From Mustelus asterias (lineage: Eukaryota): a DNA stretch of 64,000 bases. The notes beneath the pieces were generated by a model, which ran no database searches, was not told where the DNA came from, and saw only the letters and a program-made list of their open reading frames with translations. The stretch is taken from contig NW_027590144.1 of the NCBI RefSeq assembly GCF_964213995.1, positions 806,001 through 870,000 on the forward strand, written 5' to 3'. Position 1 is the first letter of the stretch. Each line of letters starts with the position of its first letter. Position numbers and translations under genes: made by a program. Positions 23,101-36,243 of this stretch are shown here, in pieces.

Positions 23101-26100
23101 GCTGTTGCATCCCACTGGCGTCTTTCACCGTGCAGAATGATGCAAAGTAACAATTCAGTTTCTCTGCCATTGCTTTGTTTTCTATTATTACTACTCCAGC
23201 CTCATTTTCCAGTGCCACTCGCTATTACATTTCTATATATTTTATAAAAACTTCTTCCTATCTTCTTTTAGATTTCAAGCTAACTTACACTCATATTTCA
23301 TCTTCTCGCCCCTTATTGTTTTTTAGTTTTCTTCTGCTCGCTTTTAAAGGCTTCCCAATCCTCTTGCCTCCCACTAATCCTTTCCTCTTTGAATGTCTCT
23401 TTTGCTTTTATGCATTCCTTGACTTCCCTTGTCAGCCATGGATGCCTCGTCCCGCATCAGCCACCGGCCATCGCCCCCCCCCCCCCGCCCATCCCCCCCC
23501 CCCCCCGCCCCCTCCCCTCGCCCTTAGAATGTTTGCTCCTCCTTCGCCTGAATTTCTGTTGCGCTTCCCGAATAACTCTCAAAAACTCCTGCCAGTGCCA
23601 TTCCACTGTCTTCCCTGCTCGGCTCCCTTTCCAATCAACTTTGGCCAGCTCCTCCCTCATGTCTTTGTAGTTGCCTTAATTTATTTGTAATACCATTACA
23701 TCTGATTCCAGCTTCTCCTTCTCAAATTGCAGGGTAAGTTCTATCATATTGTGGACACTGCTCCCTCAGGGTTCCTTCACCTTACGTTACCTAATCAAGT
23801 CTGCCTCATTACACATTACCAAATCCAGAATTGCCTGTTCCCAAGTCGGCTCTGTCACAAGCTGCTCCAAAAGAATCTCATAGACATTCCACAAATTCCT
23901 TTTCTTGGGATGCACTACCTACCTGATTTTCCCAGTTCACCTGCATATTGAAGTCCCCCATGTTTATTGTAATATTGGCCTTTTTATATGCCTTTTCTAT
24001 CTCCTGATTTATTTTCTGCCCCACATCCTGGCAACTGCTCGGGGGCCTGTACATAACTCCCATCAGGGTCTTTTTACCTTTGCGATTCCTCAACTCTACC
24101 CAAGATTCTATGCCTTCTGTTCCTATATCACTTCTTGCTATCGATTTAACTTCATTCCTTACTAACAATGCAACCCCGCCCCCTTTGCCCATCTGTCCGT
24201 CCTTCTGATAGGACACATATCCTTGGATATTTAGGTCCCAGCCCTGATCCCCTTGCAGCCACGTCTCTGTGATAATCACACCATCGTACCAGCCAATTTC
24301 AATGTGCACAAAAAGCTCATTTATCTTGTTCTGTATACTGCAATATAGTATACTATATTGGTACAACGCTCTCAGTCCTGCATTGACCACCTCCCATGTC
24401 AAACTTGTCATCTTTTTTGCTCGGTCGTAGTAGGTTCCTGCCAGCTTCTATACTCTCTGTTGTATTACGTGGTCTGGAAAATTTACTAACCTCTCCTGAG
24501 CCGTCAGCTCCATAAACCTTCACTTCTACCTCTCCTTTAACTCTGATTTCAAAATTCTCCATATAACTGACTCCCCCCGCTCCCCCCCTCCCCCCACCCC
24601 CGCCCCACTATTTAGTTTAAAGCCCTCTCTACAACCCGAGTTATACCATTCGTCAGGGCTCGAGTCCCAGCACGATTCAGATGAAGGCCGTCCCATCGGA
24701 ACGGGGCCCCTCTTCCCCAACACTGGTGCCAATGTCCTATGAATTCAAACCGATTCCTCCTACACCTATCTTTGAGCGACGCATTTATCTCCTTAATCTT
24801 ATTTACCTATTAGCTCCTGGCTCAGATAGCAATCCACAGATTATTACCTTTTTGGTTCTGCTTTTGAATTTCGCTCCTCGCTGTTCGTACTCACTTCGCA
24901 GTTTGTTCTTGTTCTACCTCTGTCATTGGTACCTACGTGGACCACGACAACTGTGCTTTACCCTCCCACTCCAAGTTCCTTTGCAGCCCAGATGAGATAT
25001 CCCGAACCGGAGCACCAGGCAGGCAACATAATTTTCGGGATTGTCGATCCTGGTCACAGAGAACAGTCTCAATTCCCCTAACTATACTATCTCCAATTAC
25101 GACTACATTTATTTTTTTCTCCCCCTGCTTGAACGGCTCCTTTTACAACGGTGCCGTGGCCAGTTTGTTCATCCTCCCTGCGGTACCCGTTCCTGTCCAC
25201 GCAGGCAGCAAGAATCTCGAACCTGTTGGACAAGTTCAGGGACTGAGGCTCCTACAAACCTACCTCCTCGATCCTTCTACCTGCCTCACTCGCAGCCAAA
25301 TTCGCCTGCCATTGCCGACTGGCCAAATTCAAGGTATTTAATCAAAGGGGTATGACTGCCTCCTGGAACACAGTGTCTATGTACCTCTCCCCCTCCCTGA
25401 TGTGTCGCAGCGTCCGGAGCTCAGAATCCTGCTCATCCACTCTGATCCGGACTTCCTCAAGCCACCAACAATTACTGCAGACATGCTCACTGAGAACCAC
25501 AATGGGGTCCACCAGCTCCCACATCATGCATGAACATCTGATCACCTGAACCTCCATGTCTATTTTATTTAATTAGTTTTGAAGTTGAGTTTTATTTATT
25601 CTTTTTTTAATTATCTGTCTCCTTATTACAATAGTCTCAATGGAATATCTAACAAGTAATTTCAATGGCTTTTCAAATTTAGTCCAGCTCCCTCTTAGTC
25701 AATCAAATCACAGCCCAACTGTGATGTCACTCTTAAGTTTTTTTTCTTTAATGCGAAGTCAGTGTCAGTGTCAAAGAATCAAGACTAACAGGTAATTACC
25801 AATCAGTACTCTCCCTTTTAGTCTCTGCTGCCTGTTTCACCTAACTCCCTGTTTTGACCCAACTCTAAAAGCACTCTCACATTCAGTCAGCACTCACTGT
25901 GCAGTCAGAGGAGCACTGAGGCCTTTGCTTTGATAGGCACAACTTACAAAGTCCTGAAACTGGTTTTAACTGGATGTACAAAGAACCAGCCAAGTTCAGT
26001 TGAGAGCTGACTCAGCTGATTCCTGTTGCAGGAATGCACTGAAGTGCTGATTTTAACTTCCCAAATAAGAACTAATTTAGCTTACCCTGAAAGCAAGTTT

Positions 26101-26270
26101 AATGACTACTTACCTCCTTATAACTTACCACTTGAACACCCTGTTTTCACTCAACGCCAAAAGGACTCCTCACATTCAGGCAGCATTCACCGTGCAGTCA
26201 GAGTAACACTGTGAGGCCTTTGTTTTTTATAGGCAAAACTTACAAAGCCCTGAAACTGGTTTTAACTAGT
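20105..26270 (-). mobile_element. Degraded near-full-length CR1 LINE (5' UTR repeats, ORF1, ORF2), interrupted at 20609-21931
   Basis: ORF1 start at 25557 (RCSCMMWE..CSNC zinc finger plus coiled coil); endonuclease 23878-24411 (ITETWL, YRPP, MGDFN); RT (DKSPGP, NY.PVS); C-terminus 20160-20608; many frameshifts. Confidence 0.85.
20609..21931 (+). mobile_element. 5'-truncated CR1 nested in opposite orientation
   Basis: QHGFMKGRSCLTNL..YLDFQKAFD..FADD..3' UTR with (ttcttat) tail; TSD ATCCT at 20604-20608 and 21932-21936; host reads YLRKD|VLALERV across it. Confidence 0.85.
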
Positions 26271-28522
26271 TGCATAAACAACTTTGTCTGTGAAGCAGCA
26301 ATTATCAATATGTTGCCGAATATTGCTGCATGGTATTGCTGTATTATTAATATGACTGTTATTATGACAGTTTATTTTAGGTTTTATTACTCTGATGCTA
26401 TTTCTGCATCGGATGCCTTTTTCCAAAATTTGCTATTTATGATTGATCTGAGATCATTTATCACAGTTTCTGACGTGGTTACTTGGGCAGTACATTCCCT
26501 GTTCATTTGAATTAATAGATTAACTGTCTAAAGTCACAACTCCACATGAGGCAATTTTGTATTTTTCATTTCGAAAGAATGGAAGTTTCGAACATTCCTT
26601 AACCATCAAAGAAGGATGCCGACCAAATATCAAAAAGCCAATTTACCAAAAAGCGATCTTTTTTTTCCACAGTAGATTACATTATTAGAAACAATAGCAA
26701 CCAGACGGACTAACCGGGTTTCTTTTCAATAGTTTCCAAACTTCCTTGATTGGGAACATGTCTGTCAGACCATTTCTGAACTTTTCTTCCCCTGGTGAAA
26801 AGGCCTCCATTGCTGAAGCGTCTGTTCAGGATGATCATCTCCCCACCCTGCCTCATCTCGCTCGGTCTCTCCTGTCTTTGATCTAAGTCAGGAACGAAAG
26901 AAGAGCCAGGAAACCGAACCAAGTGCTTGAACTGTGCTCTCAGCAATGATGTGTGCAGGTTTATTCATATGTTCTATAATCCATGTGAATGATGATAAAT
27001 ATTGGATTCTTAAACTGTTTCACAAGGACAGTAAATGGACCCTCATTTTCTGCATCTACGCCCTGGATTATTTTTCCTTCTTGTCTCCTCTAAATTAATA
27101 TTTCGTCCTCAATTTCTTTCATTCTCCACTCGACAGTTTGTATGTTTCTTTTTGTAGGAAACAAAGAGATACGGCGGTTTTTGGTTGTACTTCAGACAAA
27201 GCAGAATATTATGGGAGTCCTCCAACAGTCCCGTAGCATCAGAGTAAAATACACCGACAAAACACGCTGTGAATTTGCAACATTTTATGTTTTATATCAG
27301 GCCAACCATTAGTTCAGCAAAGATGAAAGCAAAATACTGCGGATGTTGGAATTTGAAACAAAAACAGAAAATGCTGGAAAATCTCAGCAGGTCTCACAGC
27401 ATCTGTGGAAAGAGAATAGAGCTAACGTTTCGAGTCTGGATGAACCTGCGTCAGAGCTTAGCTTGGACTCGAAACGTTGGCTCGATTAGTTCAACGAAGT
27501 TGCCCAGTCCATTATGGCAGTTGAGCTGGACTTTCCTCCAGTGGAAAAAAAATCGTTTTCAAATAGACTTCCTCAACTGAAAATATAGATGTGTTTGCCA
27601 GAATTAAGTGATTTATCATATCAACAGTGAATATAACCATGCTGAATTGGACCTGCCAACACTCGGTTGAGCCTTGTGAAGTAGATCGCTCGGGCACCTG
27701 GGAATTTTCGGGGATGGATCTGGTCGACAATGAACAGACGCAAGCAAGTTTGAGCATGGACACGCCGATTCTAACCAAGCTGAACTGGAACCGTTTGCAT
27801 TGAATTACAGATTTTGAGCAGGGTAGGCCAACGTCCAGTGTACCAGTGCAAAGCCGGGGATGTTAGGCCTGAAAGTAACTGGGATGGACTGGAACTGAAA
27901 CTTGGCCGAATTGATATTATTGAAATAGTCTGGCAAAAATGAACATAATCGTGAAGAGGGGAGACTGTGCACTCCTTGTGTAACGATACTTAAGTGCACT
28001 GCCCATCGTGAATACACTAATAGATGGGTGGAAGTGGGTTGAATCTATGAATGAATTCCGGCCATTTTTAGGAAAGTCCAGTAGATCCGCACTGAGTCTC
28101 GATACCCTCATCTGTCTGAGTGTTTTCTTTTTCTACTGCTTTGTTGTGAAGAACGATTTTTTAAAAGTATCTTCTGGGAAATGAGCGCCATTTCCTGTAG
28201 ATCACTCACAATATCACTTGTGTCAGTCTTCTGGAGTGCACACCACTCTTAGATATATCTCAGATGGTGATTAGTCTGCACCTATAAACCCATTTCATTC
28301 TGTTGTAGATTGACCGAGATGCGAATATGTGCTCAGTGTCAAAATCGAAATGTTTCTTTCCTGTCAGTGCGTCAAAAAGAACATAATTTCTTATTTTACA
28401 GAACACATTTGAGGCTGAGGTCAGAGCAATGATAACGTGGCTGTAATATCAAGGCTCCGATAATGTAGAGCAACGAAAGAAATTGCAATTTTCCCTCACA
28501 AGAAATGAAAAAGCTTAACGAA

Positions 28523-28595
28523 TGTTTCTGTATGGTTTCGAACCGGGTACATGTCGCGTATTGGACAAATGTGACAACCACTCCACTACAGAAAC
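28523..28595 (-). pseudogene. tRNA-Val pseudogene (array unit 1)
   Basis: tgtttctgtatggtttcgaaccggg...caaccactccactacagaaac. Confidence 0.75.
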
Positions 28596-30364
28596 AGCTG
28601 GAAACACGGTACAGCAAATCTGTCTGTCTGCAATGTTCAACTGCGCTGTGTTGCTGCAGGTTCCAATGGTTAGACTGAGAGTCCATGTCACTTTATTCAG
28701 GAAGATAACCGTTACTTTCAATCTGATTGCTTCTTGAACATCAAAATTTAAAAGGGTTCTTCTGGCCAATATCTAAGGGAGTATTTCTGCCCATTCATTA
28801 TTTCATCATTCTCATCTGCCTTCGAATATTCTCAACCAATTGCACTCAGTAATAAAAACAAATTACTGCAGATGCTGGAATCTGAAACTAAAAGAGGAAA
28901 TGTTGGAAAACCACACAAGGTCTGGCAGCACCTGAAAGGAGAGTAAAGAGCTGACATTTCGTGTCCAGATGACACATTATCAAATCTAATTCTACAATTG
29001 TACTCAGTATTTGTTTCAATATTTAGTATCAATGCATTATTTAACACATATGTTTTCATTATGAATTGAATATCTCTGGAATTGAATATCATTGAATTGC
29101 AAACATAACTGACCAACAGAACGAATCGAATCACCGGGTAATCACCGGGTAATACAGATCACAATTTTGAGATTGACCATAGTCAGCTTTTAAACAAAGT
29201 CAACTTCATTTGAATGGAAGAGATTCAAGAATTTTTTGTTCGTGACACTTGAGCCTTTTTTATTTTGGGCATGAAACATTCAGGCGCATACATTCTGGCC
29301 ATTAATAGGAAAGTCCAGTAGAACCGCACTGAGTCTCGATTCCCTCATCTGTCTGAGTTCATTTATCTCCCTATTTCGTTGTTGTGAAGAAAGATTTCAA
29401 AAAAGAATCTTGTGGGAAATGAGTGCAATTTCCTGTTGATCACTTGTGTCAGTCTTCTGGAGCACACACTACTATTAGGTATGTTTCAGATGTTGATTAA
29501 CCATGTTAGTCTGCACCTATAAGCCCATTAAATTCTGTTGTAGATTGAACGAGATGCGAATATGTGTCACAATTGAAACGTTTCTTTCCTGTCAGTGCGT
29601 CAAAAAATGAATCAGCATTTCTTATTTTATAGAAAACATTTGAGGCCCAGAGTTAGGGCAAAGATAATATGGCTGTAACATCGAGATTCGGATAATGTTC
29701 AGCAATGAACTGAAATGATACAGATTTCTCTCCCCTTACATGAGAAAGCTCAATGAATTTTTCTGCTCGGTTTCGGACTGGGGACTTCTCGCGTGTGAAG
29801 TGAACATCAGTTGAAGGGGATTCTGGGAGGTTGAGTTCTTAGTATAAAAGTCAGTTACCTGGGGGGATCGACCTCTTTGTTCGACTGGAGCAGGACTGAG
29901 AGGGAGAGATTCTTAGCAGGAGTGCTGAGGGTAAGCAAAATACTGATTTATTTATTTATTTATTTATTGTATTCCTTGTTTGTTTCGCGGGCTTTTTTCA
30001 AGGTTTTAATTAAGGGAAGTGACGTCAGCTGAAGGGGATACTGGGAGGTTGAGTTCTTAGTATAAAAGTCAGTTACCTGGGGGGTTCGACCTCTTTGTTC
30101 GACTGGAGCATAAAAAGCCGGCCGCACTATACAGCGGGCAGCGTCGGGAGTGGGCAGTGTAGTGAGTGGGAAGCAGAGTGAGAGCAGTAAGGGCTTTGGC
30201 TCGCAGGGCTTAGGCGGAAACGGGCGACACAGGACAGGTTTAAATTCATTCTGTTACCCTTCAATTTCGATTCCTTGTTCTTTCCCAGTGCACTCTGAGG
30301 AAGGGGAAAAGGGGTTCAGTGTTCCATTGGAGCAATTCTTTTTCTTTGTAGCAGTAAGTTTTAT

Positions 30365-31300
30365 ATGGAGGGGATGGACGTGAAGGCAGTGCAATGTACC
30401 TCCTGCAGAATGTTTGAGGTGAGGGACACCGTCAGTGTCCCTGCTGACTACACCTGTGGGAGGTGCACCCAACTGCAGCTCCTCCAAGACCGCGTTAGGG
30501 AGCTGGAGCTGGACTTGGATGAGCTTAGGGTCATCAGGGAGGCAGAGAGGGCCATAGACACAAGCTTCAGGGATATAGTTGCTCCAGGAAATGAAAATAG
30601 ATGGGTGACAGTGAGAGGGGCTGGGAGGAAGCAGTCGGTGCGGGGATCCCCTGTGGTCGTTCCCCTTAGCAACAAGTATTCCGCTTTGGATACAGGTGAG
30701 GGGGGCGACCTACCAGTGGTAAGCCGCAGTGACCAGATCGCCAGCGCTCAGTCCGTCCCTGTGCCTCAGAAGGGAAAGGGGGAGAGCGGTAGAGCTATAG
30801 TTATTGGGGACTCGTTTGTTAGAGGGATAGATAGGAGGTTCTGTGGCAAAAAGAGAGACTCACGGATGGTATGTTGCCTCCCGGATGCCAGGGTCCGTGA
30901 CATCTCCGACCGTGTCTTCAGGATTCTAAAGGGGGAGGGGGAACAGTCACAAGTCGTGGTGCACGTCGGCACCAAAGACATAGGTAAGAGAGGGGACGGG
31001 GACTTAAAACAGGAATTCAGGGAGCTTGGGTGGAAGCTGAGAGCCAGGACAAAACAGGTTGTCATCTCTGGTATGTTGCCGGTGCCACGGGATAGCGAGT
31101 TGAGGAACAGGGAGAGAGTGCAGTTAAACACATGGATGCAGGGATGGTGTAGGAGGGAGGGTTTCAGCTAAGTGGATAATTGGAACACTTTCTGGGGAAG
31201 GTGGGACCTGTACCAACAGGACGGGGTGCACCTGAACCAGAGGGGCACCAATATCCTGGGAGGGAAATTTGCTACGGCTCTTCGGGGGGATTTAAACTAA
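30365..31300 (+). pseudogene. CR1 ORF1p (zinc finger, coiled coil, SGNH esterase) with one internal stop at 31169-31171
   Basis: CTSC..CGRC; LQDRVRELELDLDEL; VIGDSFV; after the stop, DGVHLN (DxxH). Confidence 0.85.
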
Positions 31301-33455
31301 TTTGTCAGGGGGATGGGAAAAGGAGTTGTGGTCCAGAGGTCAGTGAGTGTAGTGAGGTACTGGGAAGGGTATCATGTTCAAAGGTGGGTACCAGCAGACA
31401 AGAAGGTGGGTTGAAGTGTCTCTACTTCAATGCAAGGAGCATCCGAAATAAGGTCGTTGAACTTGGGGCGTGGATTGGCACTTGGGACTACGATGTTGTG
31501 GCCATTACGGAGACATGGGTAGAACAAGGACAGGAATGGTTGTTGGAAGTTCCGGGATATAGATGTTTCAGTAAGTGTAGTGTAGCTGGTAAAAGAGGTG
31601 GAGGAGTGGCACTGTTAATCAAGGCGAGTGTAACGGCTGCAGAAAGGCACTTCAAAGGGGATCTGCCCACAGAGGTAATATGGGCTGAGGTTAGGAATAG
31701 GATAGGAGTGGTCACGTTTTTAGGAGTTTACTATAGGCCCCCAAATAGTAATAGAGATGTGGAGCAAGAAACTGCTAAGTAGATTATGGATAGGTGTGGA
31801 GGTCACAGGGTAGTTGTCATGGGGGACTTTAACCTTCCAAATATTGATTGGAACCTCTATAGGTCGAATAGTTCGGATGGGGCAGTTTTTGTGCAGTGTG
31901 TGCAGGAGGGGGTCCTGACACAATATGTGGATAAGCCGACAGGAGGTGGGGCCACATTGGATTTGGTAATGGGAAATGAGCCGGGCCAAGTGTTGGATTT
32001 GGTTGTGGGAGAGCACTTTGGAGATAATGACCACAATTCGGTGTCTTTTGTTATTGAAATGGAGAGGGAGAGGGCCATACGGCAGGGCATAGTTTACAAT
32101 TGGGGGAGAGGTAATTATGATGCAATCAGGCAGGAATTCGGAAGCATAGGATGGGAACAAAAATTGTCAGGCAAAGGCACGAATGATAAGTGGAACTTTT
32201 TCAAGGAACAAATACTGCGTGTCCTTGATAGGTATGTCCCTGCCAGGCAGAGAGGAAATGGCCGAGTGAGGGAACCATGGTTCACAAAAGAGGTGGAATG
32301 TCTTGTCAAGAGGAAGAAGGAAGCGTATGTTAGGTTGAGAAAACAAGGTTCAGTTGGCTCGATGGAGGGTTACAAGTTAGCAAGAAATGAGCTGAAAAAG
32401 GGGCTTAGGAGAGCTAGGGAAGTCCTTGGCGGGTCGGATCAAGGAAGTCCTTGGCGGGTCGGATCAAGGAAAAGCCCAAGGCTTTTTACTCTTGTGTGAG
32501 GAATAAAAGAATAACCAGGGTGAGGCTGGGGCCGGTCAAAGACGGGAGTGGAAATTTGTGCATGGAGTCCGAAGAGATAGGAGAGGTGATGAATGAATAC
32601 TTTTCTTCGGTGTTCACCAAGGAGAGGGGCCATGTTTTTGAGGAAGAGAAGGTGTCACAGGCTGATAGGCTGGAGGAAGTAGATGTTCGGAGGGAAGATG
32701 TACTAGCAATTTTGAATAAACTGAAAGTTGATAAGTCCCCTAGGCCTGATGAAATATATCCTAGGATTCTTTGGGAGGCAAGGGATGAGATAGCAGAGCC
32801 TTTGGCATTGAACTTTGCGTCCTCACTGTCCACGGGGGTGGTGCCAGAGGACTGGAGAGTGGCGAATGTTGTTCCTCTGTTTAAGAAAGGGAATAGAAAT
32901 GATCCTGGTAATTATAGGCCGGTTAGTCTTACTTCGGTGGTCGGTAAGTTGATGGAAAAGGTCCTTAGGGATGGGATTTACGACCATTTGGAAAGATGCA
33001 GCTTAATCCGGGATAGTCAGCACGGATTCGTGAAGGGCACGTCTTGCCTCACAAATTTGAAAGAATTTTTTGAGGAGGTAACTAAGTATGTAGATGAAGG
33101 TAGTGCAGTTGATGTCATATACATGGATTTTAGTAAGGCGTTTGATAAAGTCCCGCACGGTCGGCTTATGAAGAAAGTAAGGATGTGTGGGATAGAGGGA
33201 AGTTTGGCCGATTGGATAGGTAACTGGCTATCTAACAGAAGACAGAGGGTGGTGGTGGATGGAAAATTTTCGGACTGGAAACCGGTTACCAGCGGAGTAC
33301 AACGGGGATCGCTGCTTGGTCCTCTGCTATTTGTAATTTTTATAAATAACTTGGAGGAGGGGGCTGAAGGGTGGATCAGTAAATTTGCTGATGACACCAA
33401 GATTGGTGGAGTAGTGGATGAGGTGGAGGGCTGTTGTAGTCTGCAAAGAGATATA

Positions 33456-36243
33456 AGAACATAAGAACATAAGAAATAGGAGCAGGAGTAGGCCATCTAG
33501 CCCCTCGAGCCTGCCCCGCCATTCAATAAGATCATGGCTGATCTGACGTGGATCAGTACCACTTACCCGCCTGATCCCCATAACCCTTAATTCCCTTACC
33601 GATCAGGAATCCATCCATCCGCGCTTTAAACATATTCAGCGAGGTAGCCTCCACCACCTCAGTGGGCAGAGAATTCCAGTGATTCACCACCCTCTGGGAG
33701 AAGAAGTTCCTCCTCAACTCTGTCTTAAACCGACCCCCCTTTATTTTGAGGCTGTGTCCTCTAGTTTTAACTTCCTTACTAAGTGGAAAGAATCTCTCCG
33801 CCTCCACCCTATCCAGCCCCCGCATTATCTTATAAGTCTCCATAAGATCCCCCCTCATCCTTCTAAACTCCAACGAGGACAAACCTAATCTCCTCAGCCT
33901 CTCCTCATAATCCAAACCCCTCATCTCCGGTATCAACCTGGTGAACCTTCTCTGCACTCCCTCCAATGCCAATATATCCTTCCTCATATAAGGGGACCAA
34001 TACTGCACACAGTATTCCAGCTGCGGCCTCACCAATGCCCTGTACAGGTGCATCAAGACATCCCTGCTTTTATATTCTATCCCCTTCGCAATATAGGCCA
34101 ACATCCCATTTGCCTTCTTGATCACCTGTTGTACCTGCAGACTGGGCTTTTGCGTCTCATGCACAAGGACCCCCAGGTCCCTTTGCACGGTAGCATGTTT
34201 TAATTTGTTTCCATTGAGATAGTAATCCCATTTGTTATTATTTCCTCCAAAGTGTATAACCTCGCATTTCTCAACGTTATACTCCATTTGCCATATCCTC
34301 GCCCACTCACTCAGCCTGTCCAAATCTCTCTGCAGATCTTCTCCGTCCTCCACACGATTCACTTTTCCACTTATCTTTGTGTCGTCTGCAAACTTCGTTA
34401 CCCTACACTCCGTCCCCTCCTCCAGATCATCTATATAAATGGTAAATAGTTGCGGCCCGAGTACCGATCCCTGTGGCACGCCACTAGTTACCTTCCTCCA
34501 ACCGGAAAAACACCCATTTATTCCGACTCTTTGCTTCCTGTCGGATAGCCAGTCCCCAATCCACTTTAACACACTACACCCAACTCCGTGTGCCCTAATC
34601 TTCTTCAGCAGCCTTTTATGGGGCACCTTATCAAACGCCTTTTGGAAATCCAAAAACACCGCATCCACCGGTTCTCCTCCATCAACCGCCCTAGTCACAT
34701 CTTCATAAAAATCCAACATGTTCGTCAAGCACGACTTTCCCCTCATGAATCCATGCTGCGTCTGATTGATCGAACCATTTCTATCCAGATGCCCTGCTAT
34801 CTCCTCTTTAATAATGGATTCCAGCATTTTCCCTACTACAGACGTTAAGCTGACCGGCCTATAGTTACCCGCCTTTTGTCTCCTTCCTTTTTTAAACAGC
34901 GGCGTAACATTAGCCGTTTTCCAATCAACCGGCACTACCCCAGAATGCAACGAGTTTTGATAAATAATCACTAACGCATCCACTATTACCTCTGACATTT
35001 CTTTCAATACCCTGGGATGCATTCCATCCGGACCCGGGGACTTATCCACCTTCAGTCCCATTAGTCTACCCAGCACTGCCTCTCTGGTAACATTAATTGT
35101 ATTAAGTATTTCTCCTGCTGCCAACCCTCTATCGTTAATATTTGGCAAACTATTTGTGTCCTCCACCGTGAAGACCGACACAAAAAACTTATTTAAAGAC
35201 TCAGCCATATCCTCATTTCCCACTATTAACTCCCCCCTCTCGTCCTCCAAGGGTCCAACATTCGCTCTAGCCACTCTATTCCTTTTTATATATTTATAAA
35301 AACTTTTACTATCATTTTTTATATTAATTGCTAGCCTAGCTTCATAGTCTATCCTTCCTTTCTTTATCGCTTTCTTAGTCTCTCTTTGCTGTTTCTTAAA
35401 TTTTTCCCAATCACTTGTTTCTCCACTATTTTTGGCCACTCTGTACGCAGCTGTTTTTATTTTAATACTCTCCTTTATTTCCTTCGTTATCCACGGCTGG
35501 TTCTCCCTTTTCTTACAATCCTTGTTTTTTGCTGGAATATATTTTTGCTGAGAACTGAAAAGGATCTCCTTAAAAATCCTCCACTGTTCCTCAGCTATCC
35601 TACCTGCCAGCCTGCTCTCCCAGTCTACCTTAGCCAATTCATCCCTCATCCTATCATATTTCCCTCTGTTCAAACAGAGGACACTGGTTTGGGACCAAAC
35701 TTTCTCCTCTTCCATCTGAATCAGAAATTCGACCATATTGTGGTCACTAGACCCAAGAGGGTCCTTCACAATAAGATCCTTAATTCTACCTACCTCGTTA
35801 CACAATACCAGATCCAAAATAGCTCGTTCCCTCGTCGGTTCCGTAACATGCTGTTCAAGGAAACTATCCCGACAGCATTCTAAGAACTCTTCCTCCATTC
35901 CACCCTTACCGACTTGAGTCTGCCAGTCAATGTGCATGTTGAAGTCCCCCATGATTATTGCCGTTCCGTTTTTACACGCATCCCTTATCTGCTTGTTTAT
36001 AGCCCTCCCTACCTCAACATTATTATTTGGGGGCCTATATACCACACCTACTAGTGTCTTTCTCCCTCTACTATTCTTCATCTCTACCCATAATGATTCC
36101 ACGTTTTGTTCCTCAGAGCCTATGTCATCCCTCAGTACTACCCTGATATTATCTCTTATTAATAGCGCGACCCCACCACCTTTTCCTTCCTGTCTATTCT
36201 TCCTAAACGCCTGATACCCCTGGATATTCATCTCCCAGTCCTG
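33456..36243 (-). mobile_element. Young 5'-truncated CR1 nested inversely in the full-length CR1
   Basis: Tail (ttcttatg)n at the left end; TSD GATATA at 33450-33455 and 36249-36254; host reads LQRDI|DRMQSW. Confidence 0.92.
33553..36231 (-). CDS. CR1 ORF2 (N-truncated endonuclease plus reverse transcriptase), uninterrupted 892 aa
   Basis: YRPP, MGDFN, SDH, YRPVSLTS, QHGF, FLDFQKAFD, GVPQGSVLGP, FADD in one frame with no stops. Confidence 0.85.
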   Translation of the reverse strand: MNIQGYQAFRKNRQEGKGGGVALLIRDNIRVVLRDDIGSEEQNVESLWVEMKNSRGRKTLVGVVYRPPNNNVEVGRAINKQIRDACKNGTAIIMGDFNMHIDWQTQVGKGGMEEEFLECCRDSFLEQHVTEPTRERAILDLVLCNEVGRIKDLIVKDPLGSSDHNMVEFLIQMEEEKVWSQTSVLCLNRGKYDRMRDELAKVDWESRLAGRIAEEQWRIFKEILFSSQQKYIPAKNKDCKKRENQPWITKEIKESIKIKTAAYRVAKNSGETSDWEKFKKQQRETKKAIKKGRIDYEARLAINIKNDSKSFYKYIKRNRVARANVGPLEDERGELIVGNEDMAESLNKFFVSVFTVEDTNSLPNINDRGLAAGEILNTINVTREAVLGRLMGLKVDKSPGPDGMHPRVLKEMSEVIVDALVIIYQNSLHSGVVPVDWKTANVTPLFKKGRRQKAGNYRPVSLTSVVGKMLESIIKEEIAGHLDRNGSINQTQHGFMRGKSCLTNMLDFYEDVTRAVDGGEPVDAVFLDFQKAFDKVPHKRLLKKIRAHGVGCSVLKWIGDWLSDRKQRVGINGCFSGWRKVTSGVPQGSVLGPQLFTIYIDDLEEGTECRVTKFADDTKISGKVNRVEDGEDLQRDLDRLSEWARIWQMEYNVEKCEVIHFGGNNNKWDYYLNGNKLKHATVQRDLGVLVHETQKPSLQVQQVIKKANGMLAYIAKGIEYKSRDVLMHLYRALVRPQLEYCVQYWSPYMRKDILALEGVQRRFTRLIPEMRGLDYEERLRRLGLSSLEFRRMRGDLMETYKIMRGLDRVEAERFFPLSKEVKTRGHSLKIKGGRFKTELRRNFFSQRVVNHWNSLPTEVVEATSLNMFKARMDGFLIGKGIKGYGDQAGKWY

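Noticed and set aside
23175-23690. Proline-rich 171-aa ORF
   Set aside because: Antisense to a degraded CR1 ORF2 and driven by a poly-C expansion
33679-36214. Multiple + strand ORFs over the nested CR1
   Set aside because: Antisense shadows of the - strand RT ORF
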